Assembly (NCBI GenBank): GCA_040222015.1
Contig: JAVJWO010000149.1
Location: forward strand, 1 to 31,634
Origin: Coleofasciculus chthonoplastes F2-STO-03
Lineage (GTDB): Bacteria; Cyanobacteriota; Cyanobacteriia; Cyanobacteriales; Coleofasciculaceae
Length of the DNA: 31,634 bases
Reading direction: 5' to 3'
The notes beneath the pieces were generated by a model. It did not search any database and was not told the origin of the DNA. It saw only the letters and a program-made list of their open reading frames with translations. This document shows, piece after piece, positions 1-9,446 of this stretch. A program made the position numbers and the translations under genes. Each line of letters begins with the position of its first letter. Within the stretch, counting starts at the first letter, position 1.

Positions 1-141
1 CAGAAAGTCTGCACACAGAGGCTTAGGGAAAGCCCAGCCAGTGAAGTGTGAAGCTCTATCAGGTAGAAAAAGCGTACAGCTATCTCTATTTTGATCGAGA
101 AGCTCCCGTTATAGCGCAAGCTTAACGGGAGAGAACGTCAC
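1..141 (+). mobile_element. IS200/IS605-family element right end (subterminal hairpin; probable TnpB omega-RNA scaffold)
   Basis: Hairpin CTCCCGTTA(103-111)...TAACGGGAG(123-131) is followed by AGAACGTCAC, ending in a TCAC/TCAA-type cleavage tetranucleotide at 138-141. The adjacent host gene appears to break off at this point. Confidence 0.7.
2..94 (+). CDS. tnpB: C-terminal end of an IS200/IS605-family TnpB (partial, runs in from the window edge)
   Basis: Frame 2 reads RKSAHRGLGKAQPVKCEALSGRKSVQLSLF* with TGA at 92-94. It ends in a QLSLF beta-clamp-binding motif and is immediately followed by an IS200/IS605-type right-end hairpin. Confidence 0.6.
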   Translation, partial: RKSAHRGLGKAQPVKCEALSGRKSVQLSLF

Positions 142-399
142 CAGAGAATAAGCAGTTTGGTGAATCTCCCACACTTCATCGTCTAAGGCTTGAATGAGTA
201 TCGCTATACCCTTTTGCCGATAATTCAGGGCGTTATGGAGGGCGGCAATTTTGGCATTCAGGGATAGGAGAGAGGATGAGGGGTTCTGACTCAACTGCTG
301 GGTTACGGCTTCAATTCCGCCTAATACGGCGTCTCCTCTGGAGATTGAACCGCCCAAAACCACATCAGTGGCTTGAGGGTGATTAGGATAAGCTGTCAT
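142..399 (-). pseudogene. 5' part of a cyanobacterial gene with a HEAT-like N-terminal module, interrupted by the IS
   Basis: From ATG 399: MTAYPNHPQATDVVLGG...AVLGGIEAV...IAALHNALNYRQKGIAILIQALDDE...TAYSL resembles a common cyanobacterial N-terminal module. The last ORF residues (VTFSPVKLAL) are read from the IS hairpin. Confidence 0.55.
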
Positions 400-550
400 A
401 GACTTGGGTTGGTGCGATCGCGCTGGCATAGACAACAAAAAAAGGGCACGATAATACCGTACCCTTTTTATGGTGTTCAAGGTTCATTGCGATTAACAAT
501 CAACCCTAAATATTCACACTAATAGAAGACTTATGTCAAGCTGCCCGACT

Positions 551-1255
551 CTAGTCAATCGCATCCGCCGTATCTTCTAATGCTCGCTGCGCTGATTTAC
601 TGGCTTGACTTGCTTTATCTTGCACGACATCGGCTGTATCTTCTGCGGCGCGTTTCGTCTTTTTGACGATAGTTTCACCCGTTTCTTGTACCTTTTCTTT
701 CGTGTCTTCGGCTGAACGTTTGGTAGACTTAGCTACATCTTCAGCAACATCTTCAGTCTTTTCCTTTGCCTCTTTTGCCGAACGCTTGGCAGACTTGCTT
801 ACATCTTCAGCCGCATTCGTTGTATTCTCTTTGAGGTTTTCAACACCTCTCTGAGTTCCCTCAGTCACACCCTCCGTGAAATCAGTAGCTGACTCTTTCA
901 CATCTTTGCCGAGTCGCTCAACTCGTTTATTCAGTGGCGCTCCTTCTTGATAATTCTCGATAAACTTTTCAGGAGTATCCGCCTTCTTCTCCAGGTTTTT
1001 CTCCGCGTTTTTAATTAATTTATCAGGATTGTCTTTTGCCTTTTGAGACGTTTTCGGAGAATCAACCCCCTGATAATCCTTCACCTCACCTGTAGGTGTG
1101 AGAACTTCAGTAACATTTTTGGTCACATCGTCAGCCGTCTTCGCCGATACTCCACTATTGCATCCTGTACTGATGAATACAAAGATACCCGCTAAAGCCA
1201 CGGTTAATAATTGAGTAAACCGTTTATTTTTTAGCCAATCTATCATTCTGCTCAT
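551..1255 (-). CDS. Putative lipoprotein with LEA/apolipoprotein-like 22-aa repeats (DUF6658-like)
   Basis: Signal peptide with lipobox-like ISTGC. The body is hydrophilic and K/E/D/A/T-rich with 22-residue periodic repeats. AAGGAG ribosome-binding site upstream. Confidence 0.75.
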   Translation of the reverse strand: MSRMIDWLKNKRFTQLLTVALAGIFVFISTGCNSGVSAKTADDVTKNVTEVLTPTGEVKDYQGVDSPKTSQKAKDNPDKLIKNAEKNLEKKADTPEKFIENYQEGAPLNKRVERLGKDVKESATDFTEGVTEGTQRGVENLKENTTNAAEDVSKSAKRSAKEAKEKTEDVAEDVAKSTKRSAEDTKEKVQETGETIVKKTKRAAEDTADVVQDKASQASKSAQRALEDTADAID

Positions 1256-1307
1256 AAAAAAAATCTCCTTACTTTTATTGTCACTAAGTCTAAAGCAGTC
1301 ACCGTTC

Positions 1308-1577
1308 TCAACTTAATCGAGCTAGTTCGGGTTGCTCTACCGAGTTGTTTGATACATTTAACCTACGGCTGACATCAGGATTTAGGGACATGTTGTTGTC
1401 AGAGTAACTGTCTCCCCCCTTTTTGTAGGGGTTATTCGTACCTCCAGCTTGAACCGGCGGATTGTCGGGACGCCCACTTTCTACCGCCGTACTACTACAC
1501 GCCGTACCAATCAGTAGCATCACGCAGGCTAAAACCAAAGTTAATATCTGTCGCCAAATCTCAGTCAGTCGTTTCAC
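1308..1577 (-). CDS. Small putative lipoprotein (DUF6658-like)
   Basis: GTG start with AGGAG upstream, a hydrophobic segment then IGTAC lipobox, and PPVQAGGTNNPYKKGGD motif. Co-oriented with the next lipoprotein. Confidence 0.7.
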   Translation of the reverse strand: MKRLTEIWRQILTLVLACVMLLIGTACSSTAVESGRPDNPPVQAGGTNNPYKKGGDSYSDNNMSLNPDVSRRLNVSNNSVEQPELARLS

Positions 1578-1753
1578 ACTATACTCCTAAGCGATATGCA
1601 CCTCACGATTGCCTAGCTTATCACTATCCAGGCGATCGCTATCTCTAGCCAAGGAGACATTCTACTTTATACTGGAAGCGGTTCGTCTCTAACTGAAGAC
1701 AGAGAAAAATCATTTGCACCCCTCCACCCCATCTAAACCGAAAACGTCTCAAT

Positions 1754-3088
1754 CTACTGATTTTCGGGTTTCTCTTCCAAATTGACATAATCCCGAAGCT
1801 GAGAAAACACGCGGTAAGCATCTAGCTTAAATTCTGAACTTGCCGCATTATCCATTTTGATCAGATTATATTGAACATTTTCCGTATGAATTGCAAAAGT
1901 AATTTTAAACACTTCAAAAAATGTAATCACCCAACGACAGTCCTCTTCCGCATAATTGGTGTAATATTGAATTAATTTAGCAATGCAAGTTTCTAGATGA
2001 TTACGCGAGTTCGGACAAATCATAATAATTTTCAGCAAGAGCATCGCTAAGGTTAAGTGATGACCTTGAGACATGAGCAGAATAAATAGGGGTGACGGCT
2101 CATCCTGATTTTCAGTGGTTAAATATTCAATTAAGCGGTTACAGGTTCTCAGGAGTAATGCCGCCTCTATGGTTGTATCGTGGTAATCTTCGTAGAGATT
2201 ATTTAATTGCTCAGTTAAGGTTTGATTTAAGGATTTAACTAGCTCTTTCTTCTTCACCGAAAATATAAGATAGCTTTGTAAGCTTTTTTTGAATTTTTTA
2301 TAATTTAAATCTTTAGTTTGCTCTAAAAATATATTAGCAATATTTTTATAGTTAAACATTCCATTTTTAACTACAATTTTTTTAATTAGATCAACAACTT
2401 TATCCCCTAAACCTGTAGGATTATTGTAAATAGGTTCCCGACAAATTGCGGATTTAGAGTGCGCCGTATACATTGCCAAATCAAACTTGAACTGATCTTT
2501 GAGTTTTTTTGACAATATTTTCGCAGCTTCACGTTGCTCGACGGGGTTGTTCAGATTTGTATACTGGGGAACAAGTAGATAAGAGATATAACGGTTACTC
2601 CAATGACCTGGATCTGAAGTTACTTGTTGAGTAATAAATAGTTTAAGTTCGTGATAGTCTTGACTGTTAATGAAATTTAACAGCCATGCTCTTTGACGGT
2701 TTAATATTGGCGATAATGTTTTTTGCGTCAGTTTTACATCATAAAATAGGGAGACTAAGTGTTGGCTAGCCGTGAAATTCCTTGAGATGTACCAATTGTT
2801 AATAATAATATAACAGGAACGTTTAAGGGTATTGGTAAATTCTTTTTCATCGTTAGCCAAAAGTATTTCTGATAAAGCTTGAATCGCTTCCGGATTACCT
2901 TCTGAAGCATTATAGTCAATAAATAACAATTTAAATTCTTGCAAAACGGTTTCTGGCGGTTGCTGTTTAACCGTATCTAGCAAAAATTGATAGATAACAT
3001 CCTGTGCCGGCTGAAGAGGGAATCCTAGCTGGTTAGGTTGAGTCCGAGACTCAGTATGATGAGTGTCTAAGATAACTTCCCTGATCAT
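1754..3088 (-). CDS. Hypothetical, probably alpha-helical cyanobacterial protein (444 aa)
   Basis: Long uninterrupted AT-rich ORF with no catalytic motif I recognise. Confidence 0.8.
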   Translation of the reverse strand: MIREVILDTHHTESRTQPNQLGFPLQPAQDVIYQFLLDTVKQQPPETVLQEFKLLFIDYNASEGNPEAIQALSEILLANDEKEFTNTLKRSCYIIINNWYISRNFTASQHLVSLFYDVKLTQKTLSPILNRQRAWLLNFINSQDYHELKLFITQQVTSDPGHWSNRYISYLLVPQYTNLNNPVEQREAAKILSKKLKDQFKFDLAMYTAHSKSAICREPIYNNPTGLGDKVVDLIKKIVVKNGMFNYKNIANIFLEQTKDLNYKKFKKSLQSYLIFSVKKKELVKSLNQTLTEQLNNLYEDYHDTTIEAALLLRTCNRLIEYLTTENQDEPSPLFILLMSQGHHLTLAMLLLKIIMICPNSRNHLETCIAKLIQYYTNYAEEDCRWVITFFEVFKITFAIHTENVQYNLIKMDNAASSEFKLDAYRVFSQLRDYVNLEEKPENQ

Positions 3089-3280
3089 GGAAATCCAAGA
3101 GGACGCTTACGCCCTTGCTGAAGGTCTAATAGTAGCAAGTTGATGACACCCTGCGTCAAGGCTACCGCTCATCGACGTGTTCAGCTTGACGATCTCACAA
3201 TTGATATTGACATAAATTCATCATATATATTTTCGGGAAAATATATAGGGCTTGCTGAATATGGGTTCGGGTGAGGCGAG

Positions 3281-3403
3281 GGAACAGGGAACGGGGAACA
3301 GGGAACAGTAAAGAATGTCCTCAATACTGTTCGGCTAAGGGGAGCAGGGGAAGCGGGGGAAGCATGTAGAGACGTTGCATGCAACGTCTCTTAGCAGGGG
3401 GAG
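3281..3403. repeat. GGAACAG heptamer tandem plus composite GGAGCAGGG / GTAGAGACG palindromic repeat
   Basis: GG(G)AACAG-like units at 3281-3308. A perfect 24-bp palindrome AGAGACGTTGCATGCAACGTCTCT (3368-3391) has its GTAG foot at 3366 and is flanked by AGCAGGGG units. Confidence 0.85.
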
Positions 3404-3466
3404 AATAATGCTTAAGTCAGCGATGCGAACGTTTATAGCGCTAAAGCGCTTACTACATACAAACCT

Positions 3467-4441
3467 TTAAGACTGATCCGACTCAGACTTAAGTCGGTTA
3501 ATTTCCTGTTGCAATTCGTCGAGTTGACGCTTTAATCGTTGGGCTTCCTGGTTTTGCTGCGCTTGGGATGGCACATTTACCGATCCTTCGTTTGTCACTC
3601 GTCGATAATTGCCCTGACGAATTTGACGATAGTCTTCTGATTTGACCCAATCTCGCAGATAGCGCAAGCGTTCAACCGGAAAAGGATGGGTGAGAAACGA
3701 ACCATTCCCACCGTTGTATAATAAAAACTTATAAACTTGATTAAGACTATCTTGGTCAAGATCTTGAAATCGGTCTGATTGGCGGATAAATTCATCAAGG
3801 CTGCACTCATGACCATACGCATGAGAACCCCCTGATAGTTTCATCATCGTTTTCATGACGATATTGATATCATCGATGACTAATAAAGCCGCCCGATCTG
3901 ACGATAACTCCGCTTTCCGCCGCCATTCATAAAAGGCAAAGAGTAAACCACTGGTGACAATATTGCCGATACCAAAGGTTAAATCTCCCAGAAATGCCGC
4001 CGCACCCATCGCCCAGATTCCCATCTGAATTAAAATCGTGTGACCGCATTTGATATGTCCCAGTTCATGTGCTAAAACCGTGCGAATTTCGACTTCAGTG
4101 AGTAAGTCTAATAATCCTGTGTTCAACACGATATAGGGATGATCCTGTCCCAAGGCATAACTATTCACTTGCGGGTTTTGACTGACAAATAGGGTAGGTT
4201 CAGGATGGATATCTAAATCCCGCACACATTCGCGGAATAAGCTATAAATGGTGGAATATTGGCGCGGTCCCACTTGGATACTGTTGCCCATCAGATAGAC
4301 GAATTGGGGACGTTCGTAGATAAATTCGACGAATTTGCGGGCAACCAGGTTAAATCCAGGAACACTCCTGAGGGCATCCTCGGCTTGTTGGTCAAGGGGG
4401 TGTCGGAAGGCGTCGCTAGAAATTCCAGGATAGGTGGGCAT
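3467..4441 (-). CDS. M48-family (HtpX/Ste24-like) zinc metallopeptidase
   Basis: AHELGH zinc motif, RKAELSSDR third ligand, THPFPVER motif and a C-terminal coiled coil. The likely start is ATG 4441 (MPTYPGIS); the ORF extension to 4573 is repeat-derived. Confidence 0.9.
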   Translation of the reverse strand: MPTYPGISSDAFRHPLDQQAEDALRSVPGFNLVARKFVEFIYERPQFVYLMGNSIQVGPRQYSTIYSLFRECVRDLDIHPEPTLFVSQNPQVNSYALGQDHPYIVLNTGLLDLLTEVEIRTVLAHELGHIKCGHTILIQMGIWAMGAAAFLGDLTFGIGNIVTSGLLFAFYEWRRKAELSSDRAALLVIDDINIVMKTMMKLSGGSHAYGHECSLDEFIRQSDRFQDLDQDSLNQVYKFLLYNGGNGSFLTHPFPVERLRYLRDWVKSEDYRQIRQGNYRRVTNEGSVNVPSQAQQNQEAQRLKRQLDELQQEINRLKSESDQS

Positions 4442-4492
4442 AGGGAAGTTGAGGCTGAAAGGTGAAAGTAGGTCTTTATATCCTAGCGATTT

Positions 4493-4585
4493 GTAGAGAC
4501 GTTCCACCGGAACGTCTCTCCGGTGGAACTCCCAACGCCTCTCCGGTGGAACCGAATTAAGGCTGGTGGGCAATGCCCACCCTAC
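4493..4585. repeat. Cluster of GTAG-type REP-like palindromes between argG and the peptidase
   Basis: GTAGAGACGTTCCACCGGAACGTCTCT hairpin, duplicated CTCTCCGGTGGAAC, and GGTGGGCAATGCCCACCCTAC hairpin. Confidence 0.8.
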
Positions 4586-4590
4586 TGGGT

Positions 4591-5793
4591 TTAACCTCTA
4601 GTTTTGGCTGACCAAACGCGAGTGGGTAATCCCCAAATGTAAATAAAGCCTTCAGCGGCTTTGTGGTCAAATTGATCGTCGGAGGTATAGGTTGCCAGTT
4701 CTGGGGTATAGAGGGAATTGCTAGACGCTCGTCCAACAATGGTGGCATTCCCTTTGAAGAATTTCACCCGCACACTTCCAGAGACTTGCTCCTGAGTTTG
4801 CTGAATGAACGCATCTAGAGCATCTTTTAGGGGAGAGTACCATAACCCCTGGTAAATAAGCTGGCTATAGGTGTCTTCGATTCCCCGCTTATATTGGCTG
4901 ACATCAGATGTCAACGTGAGGCTTTCTAAGTCGCGATGGGCATGGATTAAGGTTAACAGAGCCGGGACTTCATAAATCTCTCTGGATTTAATGCCGACAA
5001 CCCGATTCTCAATCATATCAATCCGCCCCACCCCATGATTGCCGGCGACCTGGTTAAGCTGAGTAATCAGGGCTATGGGGTCAAGGGCTTGACCATTCAG
5101 CGAGATCGGAATTCCTCGCTCAAAGCCAATATCCACGTATTCTGGATCATTGGGAGTATCCGCGATCGCTTTGGTCATCAGATAGATTTCTTCCGGCGGT
5201 TCAGCCATGGGATCTTCGAGAATCCCCGCCTCAATACTGCGACCCAGCAAATTCCGGTCAATACTATAGGGGGAGGACTTTTTCACCGGAGAGGGAATGC
5301 CAAACCGTTCCCCATACGCGATCGTATCTTCTCGGCTAAATCCCCACTCCCTAGCCGGTGCCAACACTTTCAAGCTTGGGTCAAGCGCCGTAATCGAGAC
5401 ATCAAACCGTACTTGGTCATTCCCTTTACCGGTGCAACCGTGAGCCACGGCATCTGCACCATACTTGTGGGCAGCTTCGACCAATAATTTAGCAATCAGC
5501 GGACGCGCTAGCGCCGTGGACAAGGGATAGCGATTTTCATACAGCGTATTTGCCTGAATCGCTGGAAAGGCGTAATCTGTGACAAACCTTTCAGTCGCGT
5601 CCGCCACCAGAGACTCGGCGGCACCCGATTTCAAGGCTTTTTCTTTGATCGGGGAGAGTTCATCACCTTGACCTAAATCGGCGGCTAGGGTGATCACCTC
5701 CTTCACCCCCCATTCTTCTTTGAGATAAGGGATACAGACGGAGGTATCGACTCCTCCTGAGTAGGCTAGTACAACTTTTTCAGCACGACCCAT
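4591..5793 (-). CDS. argG: Argininosuccinate synthase
   Basis: [26 protein letters not shown] and GIKSREIYE motifs. Confidence 0.98.
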   Translation of the reverse strand: MGRAEKVVLAYSGGVDTSVCIPYLKEEWGVKEVITLAADLGQGDELSPIKEKALKSGAAESLVADATERFVTDYAFPAIQANTLYENRYPLSTALARPLIAKLLVEAAHKYGADAVAHGCTGKGNDQVRFDVSITALDPSLKVLAPAREWGFSREDTIAYGERFGIPSPVKKSSPYSIDRNLLGRSIEAGILEDPMAEPPEEIYLMTKAIADTPNDPEYVDIGFERGIPISLNGQALDPIALITQLNQVAGNHGVGRIDMIENRVVGIKSREIYEVPALLTLIHAHRDLESLTLTSDVSQYKRGIEDTYSQLIYQGLWYSPLKDALDAFIQQTQEQVSGSVRVKFFKGNATIVGRASSNSLYTPELATYTSDDQFDHKAAEGFIYIWGLPTRVWSAKTRG

Positions 5794-6040
5794 GAATTTC
5801 TCACCCTGGGAAACAACCAGGACATCATTGTGACAGATCCCGTCTCCAAATCAAAGATAGATTATGAGACGCACCATGGCGTGTCTATTCGTTCGAGGGA
5901 GGATGACTGCTTAACATAAAACGTCTATGGTAATGGTTGATCAAAATCAACGCCGGATTCTCCGTCTGTCGCTATCATGGAATTCACTTCTAAGACAGAC
6001 TGATTGGATGAGCTAGCCACACCCAACCGCTTACTTAGTG

Positions 6041-6137
6041 CAGGACTTACGCAAAGCCTCTATATGTAGGGTGGGGAGAGCGTAGCGTAACGCACCTTTA
6101 CCACTGCGCGATATGTGGTGTAGCTGCGTAAGTCCTG
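6041..6137. mobile_element. MITE-like element with 13-bp terminal inverted repeats enclosing a GTAGGGTG REP-like hairpin
   Basis: CAGGACTTACGCA (6041-6053) and TGCGTAAGTCCTG (6125-6137) are perfect inverted repeats. The interior contains GTAGGGTG...CGCACC. Confidence 0.7.
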
Positions 6138-6300
6138 TTAGTTCAGGACTTATGGAAATACCTGCGGTAGGGTGAAGCGATCGCGCCGTTTGTCTGCTAG
6201 GAAGGACATATCGAACCGAACCAGTGCAACGGTGTCAGACTTATTTGGGGTAGCATCTGGGCAACGATTCACGGGCAAGCCTGGTCGGTGATGTAAACCG

Positions 6301-8304
6301 ATGTTACCGTCAACCATGACCAATTGGTCAGCCATTTATTCCTATCCCCCTCATATCCTGGTTGTCTGGCTGGGGGTTTTTGCCTTAGTCGCCCTACTCA
6401 CTGGGTTAATCTCCATTGGCATACGTCAGTCCCTCTCACATTTATGTCAACGGTCTAAAGCCTTGACAAATTCCCTCAACTCTGATTCAGAATTGCGTGC
6501 CTTATTTGAGGCGATGACGGAACTGATTTTCGTCAAAGATCGCCAAGGACTTTATCTGAAAATTGTCTCAGCCAATCCAGACTTGTTAGGTCAACCGGTT
6601 GAAACGATGCTGGGAAAAACGGAGTATGATCTCTTGGCGCGATCGCAGGCGGATCAGTTTGTTGATTATATTCGCCAAGCCTTAGACAGCCAACAGACGG
6701 TTCAGGTTGAGTATCGTCTCACCTTAACTGATCGAACGATTTGGTTTGCAGCCAGTATTTCACCCATCTCAAAAGACTCCGTTCTCTGGGTGGCGCGGGA
6801 TATTACTGAACATAAACAAACCCTAGAAGCGTTGCGAGCCAGTGAAGCGCAGTATCGAGATTTAGTTGAAACCCCCAATTGCATTATTTTGCGGTGGGAT
6901 GTTCAGGGGCAAATTAAATTCATTAATCGTTATGGTCAGACCTTTTTTGGCTACGATGACGATCAACTACTAAATTGTTCTCTAGTCGGAACTCTCGTCC
7001 CGAATACGCCGCGATCGCAACGGATGCTATCTGTTTTGATCCGAGCCATCCGCAAACGTCCAGAACGCTATCGGATCAGAACCGTGGAAACCATTCATAA
7101 GACTGGGAAAACGGTTTGGGTTACCTGGGCAAATAAACCAATTTTCAATGAGGAGGGTGAATTAATTGAAGTTCTCTCAATTGGCACGGATGTGACAGAA
7201 CGCAAGCAAGCTGAAGCCGCCTTGAGAGAAAAAGAGGACTATTTACGATTAGTTATCGATAATATCCCCCAACAAGTCTTTTGGAAAGATACCAACTTAG
7301 TCTTTCTCGGTTGCAATAAAAATTGGGCAAAAGCCGCCGGGTTAGCCAATCCAGAAGCTGTGGTGGGGAAAACAGACTATGATTTACTTCCCAGTCGAGA
7401 CATTGCTGAACTCTACCGCCAGCAAGATGCGCGGGTGATTAGCCGGAATCAAGCCGAATTTCATGTTGTCGAAACCAAACAAAAACCCCCTGTTGATGGA
7501 CAAACGGTTTGGCTGGATGTGAGTAAAATTCCCATCCATGATCCCCAAGGTAAAGTCGTTGGCGTTTTAGGGGTACTAGAAGATATCACCCAACGTATTG
7601 AAATTGAGAAGCAGCGCCTCCAAGCGGAAGCAGACTTGCGGGCGGAACAAGAAAAGTCGGAACGCCTGTTATTAAATATTTTGCCAGAGGCGATCGCCGA
7701 GCAGTTGAAACAAAATCACAGTACCTTAGGCAAGTACCATGGGGACACCCTCATCGCTGAACAATTCGACGATGTGACGATTTTGTTTGCGGATATTGTC
7801 GGGTTTACACCCCTATCAAGCCGAATGCCACCGACGGAATTGGTTCAATTACTCGGAACCATTATCTCCACGTTCGATTTGCTCTCTGAGCAGTATGGGT
7901 TGGAGAAGATTAAAACCATTGGTGATGCCTATATGGTTGCCTGTGGTTTACCCTTACCCAGATTCGAGCATACTGAAGCGATCGCGGATATGGCACTAGA
8001 GATGCAACGGGTGATTACTCAATTTCGCATGGATACCGGAGAAGCGTTTCAACTGCGGATTGGCATTAATACTGGACCGGTGATTGCTGGAGTTATCGGG
8101 ATGAAAAAGTTTATTTACGATTTGTGGGGGGATACGGTAAATGTCGCCTCACGGATGGAATCTCAAGGAATTTCTGGGGGAATTCAAGTCACTCAGGCAA
8201 CTTACGAGCGGTTAAAGGATAAATATGTGTTGGAAAAACGCGGGATTATTGAGGTGAAGGGAAAAGGAGAAATGCTTACCTATTGGCTAACAGGAAAAGC
8301 CTGA
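6301..8304 (+). CDS. Membrane-anchored PAS-domain class III adenylate/guanylate cyclase
   Basis: N-terminal hydrophobic segment, three PAS/PAC repeats (ending DITE, DVTE, DITQ) and a helical linker. Cyclase motifs FADIVGF, KTIGDAYM and YDLWGDTVNVASRME; the K/D residues suggest ATP specificity. Confidence 0.93.
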   Translation: MLPSTMTNWSAIYSYPPHILVVWLGVFALVALLTGLISIGIRQSLSHLCQRSKALTNSLNSDSELRALFEAMTELIFVKDRQGLYLKIVSANPDLLGQPVETMLGKTEYDLLARSQADQFVDYIRQALDSQQTVQVEYRLTLTDRTIWFAASISPISKDSVLWVARDITEHKQTLEALRASEAQYRDLVETPNCIILRWDVQGQIKFINRYGQTFFGYDDDQLLNCSLVGTLVPNTPRSQRMLSVLIRAIRKRPERYRIRTVETIHKTGKTVWVTWANKPIFNEEGELIEVLSIGTDVTERKQAEAALREKEDYLRLVIDNIPQQVFWKDTNLVFLGCNKNWAKAAGLANPEAVVGKTDYDLLPSRDIAELYRQQDARVISRNQAEFHVVETKQKPPVDGQTVWLDVSKIPIHDPQGKVVGVLGVLEDITQRIEIEKQRLQAEADLRAEQEKSERLLLNILPEAIAEQLKQNHSTLGKYHGDTLIAEQFDDVTILFADIVGFTPLSSRMPPTELVQLLGTIISTFDLLSEQYGLEKIKTIGDAYMVACGLPLPRFEHTEAIADMALEMQRVITQFRMDTGEAFQLRIGINTGPVIAGVIGMKKFIYDLWGDTVNVASRMESQGISGGIQVTQATYERLKDKYVLEKRGIIEVKGKGEMLTYWLTGKA

Positions 8305-8362
8305 AATAGTTTTGACCCTTCAGTTTCCTCTTCCCTGTTCCCCAAAAGATGCCCTCTAGGGG

Positions 8363-8381
8363 TATTGCGAATTATTACAAA
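8363..8381. promoter_or_regulatory. Possible Fur/Zur-family operator upstream of the metal-uptake operon
   Basis: TATTGCGAATTATTACAAA is an imperfect AT-rich dyad resembling TGATAATNATTATCA, about 50 bp upstream of ATG 8430. Confidence 0.3.
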
Positions 8382-8429
8382 AACTTGTTGGATTTAATTG
8401 GGTATAGTAAAAACCGCCAAAGGTCATCA

Positions 8430-9308
8430 ATGAGGAAACCAATAATCATTTTCACGAGCCTGATGGTCTTGACAACTGGGAAGCTAGTTAGCTGTTCCCA
8501 GAGTCCAACCACCAGCGAGACTCAGACACAAACCGAAACTCAGAGTGCAACTCAGGCTAGTCTTGGGAGTGGAACCCTGGAAATTCGGGCGAATGGCGAG
8601 GATTTTGTCCGCCAAGGTTTTATATCAAAAGATGGATGGCAAATTACCTTTGATCATGTTTATGTCAACTTAGCTGATATCACCGCTTACCAAAGTGACC
8701 CACCATTCAATGCTGAGGCGGGTAGTAAAGTGCAAGCGAAAGAAAAAGTAGTTGTTGACAAAACCCACACGGTTGATTTAGCCGCAGGTGGGGAAGATGC
8801 CGATCCTATTCTCGTGGAAGACGTTGCCGATGCCCCTGCCGGACAATATAATGCCCTATCCTGGAAAATGGTCAAAGCCGAGGAGGGACCAGCTGAAGGT
8901 CAAACCCTGGTGATGATGGGGACAGCCGAGAAAGAGGGGCAAACCATTGACTTTACCATTGCCCTGAATCAGCCCTTAGAATTTGTCTGTGGGGAATTTG
9001 TTGGCGACGAACGCAAGGGAATTCTCACTCAAGGGGATACCGCCGACTTAGAAGCTACGTTCCACTTTGATCACCTCTTTGGTGATGCCGGCGCACCCGC
9101 TGATGATGCGATTAATACTGGTGCCTTAGGGTTTGAGCCATTAGCGACTCTAGCCAACGATGGCAAACTCGAGTTAAACCAAGAGCAGCTAAAGTCAGAA
9201 CTTTCCCCAGAAGAGTATCAGAAACTCCAAGACATTCTTCCTAGCTTAGGTCATGTCGGTGAGGGTCACTGCGAAGAAATCCAAACCGTTGCCAACAAAT
9301 CCAGTTAA
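8430..9308 (+). CDS. Putative metal-binding lipoprotein (DUF4382-like), first gene of the ECF operon
   Basis: Start ATG 8430 (MRKPII), lipobox LVSC, ANGEDFVRQGF motif, and His/Cys-rich HFDH and GHVGEGHC. Confidence 0.8.
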   Translation: MRKPIIIFTSLMVLTTGKLVSCSQSPTTSETQTQTETQSATQASLGSGTLEIRANGEDFVRQGFISKDGWQITFDHVYVNLADITAYQSDPPFNAEAGSKVQAKEKVVVDKTHTVDLAAGGEDADPILVEDVADAPAGQYNALSWKMVKAEEGPAEGQTLVMMGTAEKEGQTIDFTIALNQPLEFVCGEFVGDERKGILTQGDTADLEATFHFDHLFGDAGAPADDAINTGALGFEPLATLANDGKLELNQEQLKSELSPEEYQKLQDILPSLGHVGEGHCEEIQTVANKSS

Positions 9309-9446
9309 ATTGGTTATTGGTCTTATGTTATTAGTTTTATGTGATGAGTCATGGGCGATAAGGGAAATCATAACGGATGATAAAGATGAGTTATTGGTCA
9401 CGAACTGGGTTTAAACCGTTTTTAAAACATTAAGAAAATTTTAGTG

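Noticed and set aside
3181..3384. 67-aa ORF
   Set aside because: It is composed of translated heptamer and palindromic repeats.
4442..4573. N-terminal extension of the M48 peptidase given by the ORF track
   Set aside because: It is read through REP palindromes; the family-like start is MPTYPG at 4441.
8305..8429. Cobalamin riboswitch upstream of the cbiMQO operon
   Set aside because: No B12-box or GGGAA/GCCACTG core is visible, and the region is short and AT-rich.
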